A stretch of 42,980 nt of DNA from Solirubrobacterales bacterium (GTDB taxonomy: Bacteria > Actinomycetota > Thermoleophilia > Solirubrobacterales > 70-9): the NCBI GenBank assembly GCA_035545115.1, contig DASZZB010000194.1:1-42980 (forward strand), in the 5' to 3' direction. Each line of letters opens with the position of its first letter. The stretch's first letter is position 1. A model generated the notes under the pieces. It was not told the origin of the DNA. It searched no databases and worked only from the letters and a program-made list of their open reading frames with translations. Position numbers and translations under genes: made by a program. Positions 10,303-19,671 of the stretch are shown here, in pieces.

Positions 10303-11028
10303 ATGAGGAGATGGGTTGTCACCGGGGCGGGAGGCGGTATCGGAAGAGCTGTCGCGGAACTCGCCGGGAAAGCCGGCGACGCCGTGGCGATGATCGGTCG
10401 ACGGGACCTCTCCGAAGCCGCGCAAGCGGTCGAGGCCGCGGGCGGCCAGGCGCTCCCGATCCGAGTCGACCTGGCCACGGAGGACGCGCCGGAGGCCATC
10501 GCCCTGGCCGCCCGCACGGCCTTCGGCGGCATCGACGTGCTGGTCAACGGCGCCGCCCGCCACATCGGCGGTCGGCTGCCCGCCCTCGCCGACGAGGACT
10601 ACCGGACGGTGCTCGAGGTCGGCCTCGTCGCTCCCTTCCGCCTGACCCGCGCGGTCGCCGCCGAGATGGAGGCAGGCGCCGCGATCGTCAACATCGGCGC
10701 GGTCGTCGGCCTGCGGGGCTTCCCCGGCGATTCCGCCTACGGCTCCGCCAAGGGCGGCCTCGCCGGCCTGACGCAGGTGCTCGCGGTCGAGCTCGGTCGA
10801 CAGGGCATCACCGTCAACCTGGTCGTGCCCGGCTTCACCGATACCGAGATGACCGCCGAGCTGGACGACACCGTCCGCGAGCGGATCTCGCGCAGCATCC
10901 CGCTGGGCCGGACCGCGCAGCCGGTGGAGATCGCCGAGGTCGTCCACTGGGTGGCGGCGACCCCGTACATGACCGGCGCCGTGATCGCCGTCGACGGCGG
11001 CCTGATGGCCGGCTTCGGGACGAACTGA
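10303..11028 (+). CDS. short-chain dehydrogenase/reductase (SDR)
   Basis: The internal ATG at 10303 gives [17 protein letters not shown] (TGxxxGxG). NGAA and the catalytic YGSAK are present. The track start at 10186 adds a non-SDR leader. Confidence 0.85.
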   Translation: MRRWVVTGAGGGIGRAVAELAGKAGDAVAMIGRRDLSEAAQAVEAAGGQALPIRVDLATEDAPEAIALAARTAFGGIDVLVNGAARHIGGRLPALADEDYRTVLEVGLVAPFRLTRAVAAEMEAGAAIVNIGAVVGLRGFPGDSAYGSAKGGLAGLTQVLAVELGRQGITVNLVVPGFTDTEMTAELDDTVRERISRSIPLGRTAQPVEIAEVVHWVAATPYMTGAVIAVDGGLMAGFGTN

Positions 11029-11065
11029 CGATGGTTTCCTCGCGCGGCCGGAAAGGCGGGCGGCC

Positions 11066-11827
11066 ATGTTGACCGAGGGGGCCGGGGCGATCGTCTTCGG
11101 CGGCGCCTCGGGGCTCGGTGAGGCGACCGCGCGCCGTCTCGCGGCCGCTGGGGCGCGAGTCGTGATCGCCGACCTGGCGGGCGACCGGGCGCGGGCTCTC
11201 GCCGTGGAGATCGGCGGGAACGGGGCGGCGGCGAACGTGCTCGACGAGGAAGCCGTCGCCGCCGCCGTGGAGGACGCCGCGGGCGCCCCGCGCGGGCTGC
11301 GGATCTGCGTCAACTGTGCCGGGATCGGCCCGCCCGGGAAACTGGTCGGGCGCGACGGCCCGACCCCGCTGGCGAGCTTCAGCAAGATCATCGAGGTGAA
11401 CCTGATCGGGACGATCAACACGCTGCGGCTCGCCGCCGCCCGGATGCTCGAGAACGATCCCGAGGAGGGCGGCGAGCGTGGAGTCTGCGTCAACACCGCC
11501 TCGGTCGCTGCCTTCGACGGCCAGGTGGGCCAGGTCGCCTACAGTGCCTCGAAGGCCGGGATCGCCGCGATGACGCTGCCGCTGGCGCGCGAGCTCGCGA
11601 GCCGCGGGGTCCGCGTCGTGACGATCGCCCCCGGCCTCTTCGATACCCCGCTCCTCGCCTCCCTCCCCCAGGAGGTCAAAGACTCGCTCGGGGCCTCGGT
11701 GCCGTTTCCTCCCCGGCTCGGTCGCCCGAGCGAGTACGCCGACCTGGTCGCCGCGATCGTCTCCAACCAGATGCTGAACGGGGAGACGATCCGGCTCGAC
11801 GGGTCGATCCGGATGGCGCCGCGTTGA
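11066..11827 (+). CDS. SDR, 3-hydroxyacyl-CoA dehydrogenase type-2-like
   Basis: 253 aa. It has [14 protein letters not shown], the catalytic YSASKAG, and an [10 protein letters not shown] segment typical of HSD10/FadB2-like SDRs. Confidence 0.8.
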   Translation: MLTEGAGAIVFGGASGLGEATARRLAAAGARVVIADLAGDRARALAVEIGGNGAAANVLDEEAVAAAVEDAAGAPRGLRICVNCAGIGPPGKLVGRDGPTPLASFSKIIEVNLIGTINTLRLAAARMLENDPEEGGERGVCVNTASVAAFDGQVGQVAYSASKAGIAAMTLPLARELASRGVRVVTIAPGLFDTPLLASLPQEVKDSLGASVPFPPRLGRPSEYADLVAAIVSNQMLNGETIRLDGSIRMAPR

Positions 11828-11869
11828 GCGGCGCCATCCGACGCCTTGGAACTGGAACCTGTCTCGAGA

Positions 11870-13045
11870 TCAGATGCGCTGGATCAGCGTCCCGGTCCCG
11901 AGACCGCCGCCGCAGCACATCGTGACCAGGCCGAGTTCGGTGTCGGATCGCTCGAGCTCGTGCAGCAGCGTCGCGATCAACCGCGCCCCGCTCGCGCCCA
12001 GTGGATGGCCGAGCGCGATCGCGCCGCCGTTGACGTTTACCCGTTCCAGGTCCGGCTCGATCTCGCGGCTCCAGGCGGCGACCACCGAGGCGAACGCCTC
12101 GTTGACCTCGAAGCGATCGACGTCGCCGGCGCCGATCCCGTTGCGGGTGAAGAGCTCCCGCGTGGCCGGGATCGGCCCGGTAAGCATCGTCACCGGATCG
12201 ACCCCCACCGTGGTCTGGTCGACCAGGCGCGCCCGTGGCTCGAGGCCGAGCGCGGCGGCCTTCTCGCGCGCCATCAAGATCACGGCGGCGGCGCCGTCGG
12301 AGATCTGGGAGGAGTTGCCGGCGGTGATCTTCCCGTCCTCCTTGAAGGCCGGCCGCAGGGCCGCCAGCCCCTCGGTCGTCGTCTCGCGCAGGCCCTGGTC
12401 GATGGTCTGCAAGCCGTCGGCGGTGCGGATCGGCGCGATCTCGCTCTGGAAGCGTCCCTCGTCGGTGGCGCGGCGGGCCAGTTGCTGGGAGCGCAGGCCG
12501 ATCTCGTCGAGCTCGGCTCGCCCGATCTCCCACCGGTCGGCGATCATCTCTGCCGCGAGGCCCTGGTTGACGAGGTCGTAACGGGCCGCCAGCTGCGGCG
12601 TGATCGGCGAGCCATAGCGCTCGTTCGACTCGGCGACGGCGGCGAAGGAGATGTGGCCCATGTGCTCGACCCCGGCGCCGACCGCGACATCGTGGACCCC
12701 GGCCGCGATCAAGCCGGCGGCGACGTTGACCGCCTGTTGGCCGGACCCACACTGCGTGTCGAGCGTGTTCGCCGGCACCTCCATCGGCAGGCCCGCCTCG
12801 AGCCACGCGTCGCGGGCGATGTTGAGGCTCTGCTCGCCGATCTGCTGCACGCACCCGGCGAATACGTTGCCGACCTCGGCCGGGTCGATCCCGGCCCGCT
12901 CGATCACCGCGCCGTAGGCGTGAGCAAGCAGGTTGGAGGGGTGCAGATCACGGTAGATCCCCTTCTCGGGGTGGCCGCGGCCGATCGCGGTGCGGACCGC
13001 CGCGACGATCACCACCTCGCGGCTGCCGTTGTCATGCATCGTCAT
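11870..13045 (-). CDS. acetyl-CoA C-acetyl/acyltransferase (thiolase)
   Basis: It has the active-site region LDTQCGSGQQAV and the C-terminal NVNGGAIALGHPLGASGARL and MCCGGGLG motifs. I placed the start at ATG 13045 (MTMHDNGSREVVIVAA). Confidence 0.9.
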   Translation of the reverse strand: MTMHDNGSREVVIVAAVRTAIGRGHPEKGIYRDLHPSNLLAHAYGAVIERAGIDPAEVGNVFAGCVQQIGEQSLNIARDAWLEAGLPMEVPANTLDTQCGSGQQAVNVAAGLIAAGVHDVAVGAGVEHMGHISFAAVAESNERYGSPITPQLAARYDLVNQGLAAEMIADRWEIGRAELDEIGLRSQQLARRATDEGRFQSEIAPIRTADGLQTIDQGLRETTTEGLAALRPAFKEDGKITAGNSSQISDGAAAVILMAREKAAALGLEPRARLVDQTTVGVDPVTMLTGPIPATRELFTRNGIGAGDVDRFEVNEAFASVVAAWSREIEPDLERVNVNGGAIALGHPLGASGARLIATLLHELERSDTELGLVTMCCGGGLGTGTLIQRI

Positions 13046-13200
13046 CGGTTGCTCCTTCACGTTCGTCTCGACGGTCGCCCGGCGCACCGCCGCCGAGGCC
13101 TTACCGGACCTCGACCGGGAGCGTCGAGGCGCTCCGCCCCGCTCGCCGGATACCTTCGCGGTGACCTGGCGCCGGTGTCCGGCATCTACGACCAGTCTGC

Positions 13201-13224
13201 GCGGGGCCGCCGCGGCGGCCCCGC
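13201..13224 (-). terminator. GC-rich hairpin downstream of the LLM gene
   Basis: GCGGGGCCGC-cgcg-GCGGCCCCGC forms a 10-bp perfect stem, 17 nt past the minus-strand stop at 13241. There is no clear U-tract. Confidence 0.4.
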
Positions 13225-13240
13225 TCGCGACTCGGATCGA

Positions 13241-14338
13241 TCAGGCGGCCGCCGTCTGCTTCGCGGTGACCTTGCGCAGCTCCGGGACCACCTTGGAGCC
13301 GATCAGCTTGAGGCTTTCTTCGACCAGCTCGAAGGGCATCCCGGCGTAGGACACCGCCATCGCCGGGCGGAGTTCGCCGGTCGTCGCAACCCGCTTCTTC
13401 CAGCCCTCGACGATTTCCTCGGGCGTGCCCCATAGCTGGGACTGCACGAAGCTCTCGGCCGCCGCCTCGAGCCCGGCCTCGCGGATCGCGTCGGCGCCCG
13501 CCTGGTAGGCGGTGTAACCCTGGGTTTCACCCCAGTGCGAGCCATCGAAATCGTAATGTTTGATCACCGTCAGGTAGTACTTCGAGAGGTACTCGCGGGC
13601 AACTTCCTCGGCGACCTTGGGGTCTTCGTGGCAGAAGGTGAAGTCGGAGAAGATCGGTGCGCCTGGATCTTTGCCGGGATGCACTTCGTGGAAGCGATTG
13701 CGCCACGCTTCGACGCCTTCATGGTGCTGCTCCCAGGGAAGCTGGACGAAGGACATCATCGTGCCACCGATGTTCGCCGCGGCGATGCCCGAATCGGGCG
13801 ACATCGCCACCGAGTTGAAGCCCCGCTCGCGCCAGTTGACCGGCTGCCAGGGGTGAATCTCCACCCGTGACTGCTTGAAGTAGGGCGTGTCGTACTCGGC
13901 GACGCCGGTTTCGAGGATCTCGAGGATGATCTCCGAGGCGGTGTCGAACCGCTCGCGCGCCTCCGACATCGGGACCCCGAACGCCTCGTACTCCTTTTTT
14001 GCCAGCCCGCGGCCGAAGCCGAGCATGAATCGGTCGCCGAGCAGGATCTCCAGCATCGCGACCTTCTCCGCCACCCGCGTCGGCTGAACCCACCAGGGCA
14101 GGATGATCGCGCCGGTGCCGATCTTGATCCGGTCGGTCTTCGCGGCCAGATAGGCACACCACTGCATGTTGTCGGGCATCATCGCGTAACCGGGATCGAA
14201 GTGGTGCTCGGGAGCCTGGACGAAGTCCATCCCCACTTCCTCGGCGAGGATCGCGATGTCCGTCTCGCGGCGGAACATCTCCGCGTCGGTCATCCCCTCG
14301 CGGGTGTTCTGGAAAATGAATTGCAGACCGCATTCCAT
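13241..14338 (-). CDS. LLM-class flavin/F420-dependent oxidoreductase
   Basis: 365 aa with the luciferase-like fold pattern (FVQAPEHHF, GTGAIILPW). A GGAGGAC RBS lies upstream. Confidence 0.85.
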   Translation of the reverse strand: MECGLQFIFQNTREGMTDAEMFRRETDIAILAEEVGMDFVQAPEHHFDPGYAMMPDNMQWCAYLAAKTDRIKIGTGAIILPWWVQPTRVAEKVAMLEILLGDRFMLGFGRGLAKKEYEAFGVPMSEARERFDTASEIILEILETGVAEYDTPYFKQSRVEIHPWQPVNWRERGFNSVAMSPDSGIAAANIGGTMMSFVQLPWEQHHEGVEAWRNRFHEVHPGKDPGAPIFSDFTFCHEDPKVAEEVAREYLSKYYLTVIKHYDFDGSHWGETQGYTAYQAGADAIREAGLEAAAESFVQSQLWGTPEEIVEGWKKRVATTGELRPAMAVSYAGMPFELVEESLKLIGSKVVPELRKVTAKQTAAA

Positions 14339-14365
14339 CGAAAGTCCTCCGTATTTTCTTGGGTG

Positions 14366-15211
14366 CTACCTGACGTAGACGTCGGGCCACGCTTCGCGCC
14401 GTGGGATCACGCCTACGGTCTCGTTAACTTCGTTGTGCCAGAGGCGCGAGAACAGCTTGTCCTCGAGCGGCTTGAGCTCACTGGCGGCGTCGCTGCGGAA
14501 CTGCTCCAGGGCGGCCGCGTTCTCGACCCAGATATGGGCCATGCCGTCCCAGGGATCCATGAACTTTTCCCGTCGCACGACCTCGGCCGGAGCCTCGGTC
14601 TCGCCCCACACCTCCGACTTGAAGAACTTTTCCCGCACGTCGCTGCTCTCGTCGGGAATCGTGAAGTTCAGTGTGTAGCCGAAGAGGTCGTCGCACTTCG
14701 AGTAGAGCGGTGCGTACTCCTCGGCCCAGATCTTGCGGAATTCCTCATCGCTGAGTCCGTCGGCCTTCGCGCCCCACTGGATGATCTTGGTGATGAAGCG
14801 CTCCGGCCTCACCACGGGTACGATCTCGGTCTCTTCGAGGCCGAATTGGTACGGGATCCCGATGTATAGCCACTCGCTGTCCTCGGCGAGGACCGGGTTC
14901 AGCGCTTCCGACTGCATCCCATCGGGTCCGACCCGATCTTCGACCTCGCCGGCGTTCGAGTCGTAGTAGTCCTGCTCGTTGTCGAACCACAACTCCGAGT
15001 ATCCGTCCCACATCTTGATGAACCCGTCGGGCGGGTTGTCGCTGGCGAACAGATTTTTTTCGTCGCTCCCCGGCGCCCACACACAGTTCACATAGCCACG
15101 GATCTTCGGTAGGCGTCTGGCGATCGATACGTGGAATCCGGCATGACCTTCTCGGTACTGGTCATGCGTCAGGTACGGCGGACGCTCGCAAAAGCCGATG
15201 ATCTTGTGCAC
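14366..15211 (-). CDS. tandem EthD-like (dimeric alpha/beta-barrel) domain protein
   Basis: 281 aa. Two halves each begin with an EthD-like pattern: MHKIIGFCERPPYLTHDQYREGHAGFH...RGYVNCVW and ITKIIQWGAKADGLSDEEFRKIW...GYTLNF. The family call is from pattern memory only. Confidence 0.55.
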   Translation of the reverse strand: MHKIIGFCERPPYLTHDQYREGHAGFHVSIARRLPKIRGYVNCVWAPGSDEKNLFASDNPPDGFIKMWDGYSELWFDNEQDYYDSNAGEVEDRVGPDGMQSEALNPVLAEDSEWLYIGIPYQFGLEETEIVPVVRPERFITKIIQWGAKADGLSDEEFRKIWAEEYAPLYSKCDDLFGYTLNFTIPDESSDVREKFFKSEVWGETEAPAEVVRREKFMDPWDGMAHIWVENAAALEQFRSDAASELKPLEDKLFSRLWHNEVNETVGVIPRREAWPDVYVR

Positions 15212-15293
15212 TGTCAGACCTGTCCCTTCTCCATTCCCGAAATTAACCCTCCGGTGGCGATGATAGGTCTGAGTCGAGTGCCGCCATCGCGCT

Positions 15294-16871
15294 TCATCCG
15301 GAGGGCTTTGTGCGTTCCTCCAAATCGCCTGATCCCATCGTCACCTGGGTGAGCTCGTCCGCGCTGAGATCGCCGTAGCGATAGGTCGCGCAGGGCTTGC
15401 CGTCGACGAGGACCACGATCCGGTCGCAGAGAGCGAGCAACTCCTCCGACTCGGTCGAGGCGACCAGCGCCGCGGCACCCGCCTCGACGGCGTCCCGGAC
15501 GATCCGGTGGATCGACGCCTTGGCCCCCACGTCGACGCCCTGGGTCGGCTCGTCGAGCACCAGCAGCTTCGGATTCAGCCGCATCGCGCGCGCCATCATC
15601 ACCTTCTGCTGGTTGCCGCCGCTCAACTCCAGTAGCTGCGCCTCCGATCTCCGCGGCACCACGTCAAGCTTGTCGAGCCAGGCCCGAACTTCGGCCCGCT
15701 CGCGACTCTTGGACAGCCCCAGCGGCCCGTAGGCGGGATCGAGATTGCAGATCGTCAGGTTTTCGCGGATCCGCATCGATGGCAGCGCCGCCTTCGAAAG
15801 CCGATCGGCGGGGACGAAGGCCATCCCGCTGCGGAAGCAGACGTCGGGCCGCTCGGCCGGGATCACCCGCCCCTCGAGGCGAACCTCGCCCTCGCGACTG
15901 CGGCCGCCGCAGACCAGTTCCGTCACCTCCTCGCGGCCGGAGCCGGTGACGCCCGCGATGCCGACGATCTCGCCGGCGCCGATATCGAGGTCGAGGCTCT
16001 CGAGCACCTCGCCGCGCAGCCCGCGGACGCTGAAGACGGTGCCCTCGTCGGTTTGCGGCTCATGCGGGTGGACGGGCGCCAGGGCATCCAGTTCCCGGCC
16101 GATCGTCAACTCGGTCAGCGAGCGCTCGGTCAGTTCGGCGGCGGCCATCGTCGCCACCCGCTCGCCGTCGCGGAGCACGGTTATCCGGTCGGCGATCTCG
16201 AAGACCTCGGCGAAGCGGTGGGAGACGTAGACGATCGCCACGCCGCGATCCCGCACCCGCCGGATCACCTCGAACAGGCGCCGCACTTCGGCGGCGGGAA
16301 GCGAGGCCGTGGGCTCGTCGAGGACGAGGACGCGAACCTTGTCCGACCAGTCCTCGAGCGCCCGCGCGATCGCGACGCCGGTCCGCTGCGATGCGGTAAG
16401 CCTGTAGATCGGGGTCTTCGGGTTGAAGTCGAAGCCGAGCTCGGCCAGGGTCTGCCTGCCGGCCCGTGCCTCCCGTCGCCAGGAGATGGTCCCGAGCTTG
16501 CCGCGGTGATACCCGCGGCCCAGTGCCAGGTTGTCGAGCGCACTCAGGGTCGGCGCCAGCCCGAGGTCCTGATGGACGAAACGCAACCCCGCGTCGGCGG
16601 CCGCGGTCGAGTTGCCGAGGTCGAGCGGGGCGCCGGCGACGAGCGCCGACGCTCCCCGGTCGGGCTGGTGGTAGCCGGCGAGGACCTTGATCAGCGTCGA
16701 CTTGCCGGACCCGTTCTGCCCGACCAAGGCGTGCACCTCGCCCGGCCGCAGGTCGAAGTCGACGTGGTCGAGCGCCATCTGTCCGGTGAAGGTCTTGGAG
16801 AGACCTCTGATCGCCAGCACCTCCCGGCCGGCGGTTCGTGCACCCGAACCGTTTGCCGATGCCGTCGTCAT
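15294..16871 (-). CDS. sugar-type ABC transporter ATP-binding protein (two fused ATPase domains)
   Basis: The start at ATG 16871 forms an ATGA overlap with the permease stop. Walker A motifs GQNGSGKST and GVTGSGRE, signature LSGGNQQK and Walker B LLVLDEPT are present. The upstream 181 codons of the track ORF overlap the permease gene. Confidence 0.9.
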   Translation of the reverse strand: MTTASANGSGARTAGREVLAIRGLSKTFTGQMALDHVDFDLRPGEVHALVGQNGSGKSTLIKVLAGYHQPDRGASALVAGAPLDLGNSTAAADAGLRFVHQDLGLAPTLSALDNLALGRGYHRGKLGTISWRREARAGRQTLAELGFDFNPKTPIYRLTASQRTGVAIARALEDWSDKVRVLVLDEPTASLPAAEVRRLFEVIRRVRDRGVAIVYVSHRFAEVFEIADRITVLRDGERVATMAAAELTERSLTELTIGRELDALAPVHPHEPQTDEGTVFSVRGLRGEVLESLDLDIGAGEIVGIAGVTGSGREEVTELVCGGRSREGEVRLEGRVIPAERPDVCFRSGMAFVPADRLSKAALPSMRIRENLTICNLDPAYGPLGLSKSRERAEVRAWLDKLDVVPRRSEAQLLELSGGNQQKVMMARAMRLNPKLLVLDEPTQGVDVGAKASIHRIVRDAVEAGAAALVASTESEELLALCDRIVVLVDGKPCATYRYGDLSADELTQVTMGSGDLEERTKPSG

Positions 16872-17956
16872 AACGCGGAGCTCTGGCGGCCGGAGCGCAC
16901 CGCCAACGCCACCGCGATGATCAGCACGGCGCCGTTGATGACTTCGTCCATCCAGAATTGCGCACCGAGAAGCTGCACACCTTTCACCCCGGTCGCCAGC
17001 ACGTAGACCGCGACGAGCGTCCCCGGCACGTTGACGTTCCCCTCCTTGAACTGGGTCGCCCCGAGGAAGACCGCCGCGAACGCGGGCAGCAGATATGGAG
17101 CGCCCGCATTCAGGGAGGTAGAGCCGATCCGCATCAGGAAGATGATCCCGGCGATCGTGGCGATGCCGGCGGAGATGACCAGCCCGATCGCGGTGAGGCG
17201 TCCGACCCGTACACCGGCCAGCCGCGCGGCATCCGCGTTCGAGCCCGCCGCGTAGAGGTATCGGCCTGTCTGGCGGTACTCGAGCAGGTACCAGACCAGG
17301 CCGGCGATGACGAGCATGTAGAAGAACGGCATCGGGATGGTGAACAGCGTTCCCCTGCCCAGGCTGGTGAAGCCTTTGGGGATCTGGGTGATCACTTCGC
17401 CACCGCTGATCCACTGCTGCATCGCGACCAGGATCGATCCGGAGCCGAGGGTCGCGATGAAAGAGTTCACCTTCAGCACGCCGACCACGTAAGAGTTGAA
17501 GACCCCGATCAGGATGCCCGCGAGGAGCGTCAGCGCGATCGCGAACGCCGGCGACACATTCATTTTGGCCATCAGCGAGGCGACGACGATCACCGCGATG
17601 CCGAAGGCCCCGCTGATCGAGAGGTCGAACTGCCGCGCGGCGATCGGGCCTACCAGCGCCAGCGCCATGATCGCGGTCACCGCCTGTTCGCCCATGATGG
17701 TGCGGGCGGTGTTCATGCTGAGGAAGGTGTGGGGCTCGAGGATCCCGAACAGGATGATCAGCCCGGCCCAGATGAAAAGCAGGCTCGCGTTGCGGACCCC
17801 GGAGGCCAGGGCATGGCCGACCGCGGCGAGGCTCAGGCCGCCGCCGCCCCGGCCACCGCTCGGGGCGGTAACCGCGGCGCCACCCGCGGCTCCCCCCTCG
17901 GGGGGAGCCGCGGACGTGCCCTCGGGAGGGAGGGTCTCGGACGAGTCGCGACTCAT
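16868..17956 (-). CDS. ABC transporter permease (ribose/xylose-type, BPD family 2)
   Basis: 362 aa with multiple hydrophobic helices and a low-complexity N-terminal tail. It sits between the binding-protein and ATPase genes. Confidence 0.85.
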   Translation of the reverse strand: MSRDSSETLPPEGTSAAPPEGGAAGGAAVTAPSGGRGGGGLSLAAVGHALASGVRNASLLFIWAGLIILFGILEPHTFLSMNTARTIMGEQAVTAIMALALVGPIAARQFDLSISGAFGIAVIVVASLMAKMNVSPAFAIALTLLAGILIGVFNSYVVGVLKVNSFIATLGSGSILVAMQQWISGGEVITQIPKGFTSLGRGTLFTIPMPFFYMLVIAGLVWYLLEYRQTGRYLYAAGSNADAARLAGVRVGRLTAIGLVISAGIATIAGIIFLMRIGSTSLNAGAPYLLPAFAAVFLGATQFKEGNVNVPGTLVAVYVLATGVKGVQLLGAQFWMDEVINGAVLIIAVALAVRSGRQSSAL

Positions 17957-17990
17957 CTCTGACAGTGCTCCCGTCGGTGCAAACCGTTGA

Positions 17991-19211
17991 TCACTTACTC
18001 ACCTGCCACAGTTCTTCGTATTCCTGCTTGAGCGTCGGCGGCAGGTTGTTCCAGGTCTCTTCGGTCGCGTTAGGCGGCAGATTTTCTTTGGTGAAGATCT
18101 GCGTCATCAGCGGCACTTCGTCCTGCTGTGGCATGCCGACCGCGTGTCGGGCAACGGCGTCTATGCCCTGGTAGGCAGCGGATAGCTGCGAGTACGCCAT
18201 CACCCCCAGGAAATTCCCTTCTTCGACGCTCTTCATCGCTTCGGGAGTGGCGTCGTTGCCCATGATCTTGACCTTGCCCAGCAGACCGGCTTCGCGGAGG
18301 GCCGCTTCGAGGCCGGTGGCCATGACCATGTCCTGCAGGATCACGTAGTTCATCGACGGGTCGCGCTGCAGTTCGCCGATGATGATCGACGGCAATTTGG
18401 TCCCGGTGTCTTCCGCCTGAGCGGTGATCGTCTTCGTCTTGCATTCCGGGCAGTTGTCGGCGACCGTTTTCGACGTCGTTTCGATGATCCGCGTCGAAAG
18501 CGGGAATCCCGCGTACTGGACAAGCAGGGCGTCGCCTTTTCCTTCGCTGTCGGCGATGAACCAGTTGGCGGTCGCTTCCGACATCGTGTCGAAGGCACCC
18601 TGCTGGTAATCGACCTCGATGAACGGCGGCGTAGCTTTTCCGGTCAATTCGCCCAGCTGGGTAACGATCGGGATTCCGGCATCCGCCGCGGCTTCTGCCG
18701 CGGGTTCATAGGTTTCGCGGGCGATGCCGTCGATGAGGATCGCGTCAGGATGTTCGGAGACGGCCTGCGAGATTTTCGCCAGGTCGTCTTCCGGGGCGCC
18801 GCTGAAGGCCACCTTCTTGGTCGTCCAGCCGAGCAGCTTGCCGGCTTCTTCGACGCCGTCACGCCAGCCTTCGCAAACCGAGAGCTCACAGGAGAGCGCG
18901 ACGACGTGGAGGCCGGTCGGGGGCGCTTCTTTCAGCGGCACGGTGTTCCCGACGTTGGGCGGCGGCTTGAAATATGGGGCAGAAGCCTTTTCCGCCGCGG
19001 CCACCACTTCCGACGTGCCCGATTCGCTCTTGGCTGAGCTTTCTTCGCTGCTTTCCGCGCCGGCGGCTTCCGTGCTTTCGCCGCTACTGGAACCTCCACC
19101 GCCACAGGCGGCGATGAGCCCACCTAGCGCAATGATCGCCAAGCCCACTGAAAGGGCGGCGAGCAGTCGCCGCACGCGTCGGTGGTCCCCGGGACGAAAC
19201 GGCTCACCCAT
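17991..19211 (-). CDS. ABC transporter substrate-binding lipoprotein (periplasmic binding protein type I)
   Basis: 406 aa. It has a signal peptide with a lipobox (LIAAC-GGGG), a Ser/Glu-rich linker, and then a PBP-like body. It is the first gene of the transporter string. Confidence 0.8.
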   Translation of the reverse strand: MGEPFRPGDHRRVRRLLAALSVGLAIIALGGLIAACGGGGSSSGESTEAAGAESSEESSAKSESGTSEVVAAAEKASAPYFKPPPNVGNTVPLKEAPPTGLHVVALSCELSVCEGWRDGVEEAGKLLGWTTKKVAFSGAPEDDLAKISQAVSEHPDAILIDGIARETYEPAAEAAADAGIPIVTQLGELTGKATPPFIEVDYQQGAFDTMSEATANWFIADSEGKGDALLVQYAGFPLSTRIIETTSKTVADNCPECKTKTITAQAEDTGTKLPSIIIGELQRDPSMNYVILQDMVMATGLEAALREAGLLGKVKIMGNDATPEAMKSVEEGNFLGVMAYSQLSAAYQGIDAVARHAVGMPQQDEVPLMTQIFTKENLPPNATEETWNNLPPTLKQEYEELWQVSK

Positions 19212-19521
19212 AGTTCTCTCCTCCTGCTTTGCCCATCGTTTTCTCCTCTTGTTTTGAAGCCCGGGAGGAATCTAGGATCTGGCCGGAACAGAGTCGGCAA
19301 ATACGCAGCGCCCTCTTTGGCGGGGCCTACAAACTCTCCGTCGACGCCGCTTCCTTCAGGCGGTTTCCCGGCCTGGAGGACCTACGAGCAATCGGCGAAA
19401 CTCGCGTGTCCGGCCGGCGAGCGCCAGACCGCGATGTGCCCCGCCCCCGCTCAGCGTGCCCGGGAGCCGTGCGCGGAGGGACGGCCTGCCTCAAGGCTTC
19501 GGGACCCGGCTTCGACCTCCC

Positions 19522-19557
19522 CGTGCCCCAGGGCGTGCCCCAGGGCGTGCCCCAGGG
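19522..19557. repeat. 12-bp tandem repeat, 3 exact units (CGTGCCCCAGGG)
   Basis: Read directly: units at 19522-19533, 19534-19545 and 19546-19557, followed by GCA and T6. Confidence 0.9.
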
Positions 19558-19566
19558 GCATTTTTT
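19536..19566 (+). terminator. possible intrinsic terminator (TGCCCC/GGGGCA stem plus T6) formed by the tandem repeat
   Basis: TGCCCC (19536-19541) can pair with GGGGCA (19555-19560), followed by TTTTTT (19561-19566). No plus-strand gene lies upstream. Confidence 0.3.
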
Positions 19567-19593
19567 GGAGTCAGGGTTCCTCTCTCAAAGTCC

Positions 19594-19620
19594 GCAAACC
19601 CGCTTCCAAAGCGGGTTTGC
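19594..19620 (-). terminator. hairpin immediately downstream of the tRNA-Arg remnant (probable original tRNA terminator)
   Basis: GCAAACCCGC-ttccaaa-GCGGGTTTGC forms a 10-bp perfect stem and ends 1 nt from the 50-bp repeat. Confidence 0.55.
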
Positions 19621-19621
19621 G

Positions 19622-19671
19622 CGAACGCGCCCGACTGGATTCGAACCAGTGACCTTCGGTTTCGTAGACCG
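19622..19671. repeat. left copy of the 50-bp perfect direct repeat (att-like; 3' part of tRNA-Arg)
   Basis: Identical base for base to 26129-26178. The flanking bases differ on both sides. Confidence 0.95.

Noticed and set aside
19522-19557. The tandem 12-mers as a possible CRISPR array
   Set aside because: The units are directly adjacent with no spacers, are only 12 bp long, and no cas genes are present. It is a simple tandem repeat.
13241-19621. A second, older island to the left of the tRNA-Arg remnant
   Set aside because: Lower G+C is patchy: the ATPase gene sampled at 77%. I found no further copy of the tRNA repeat near 13050-13240 and no mobility genes. This is not enough to call an island, so it is mentioned only as mosaic composition.
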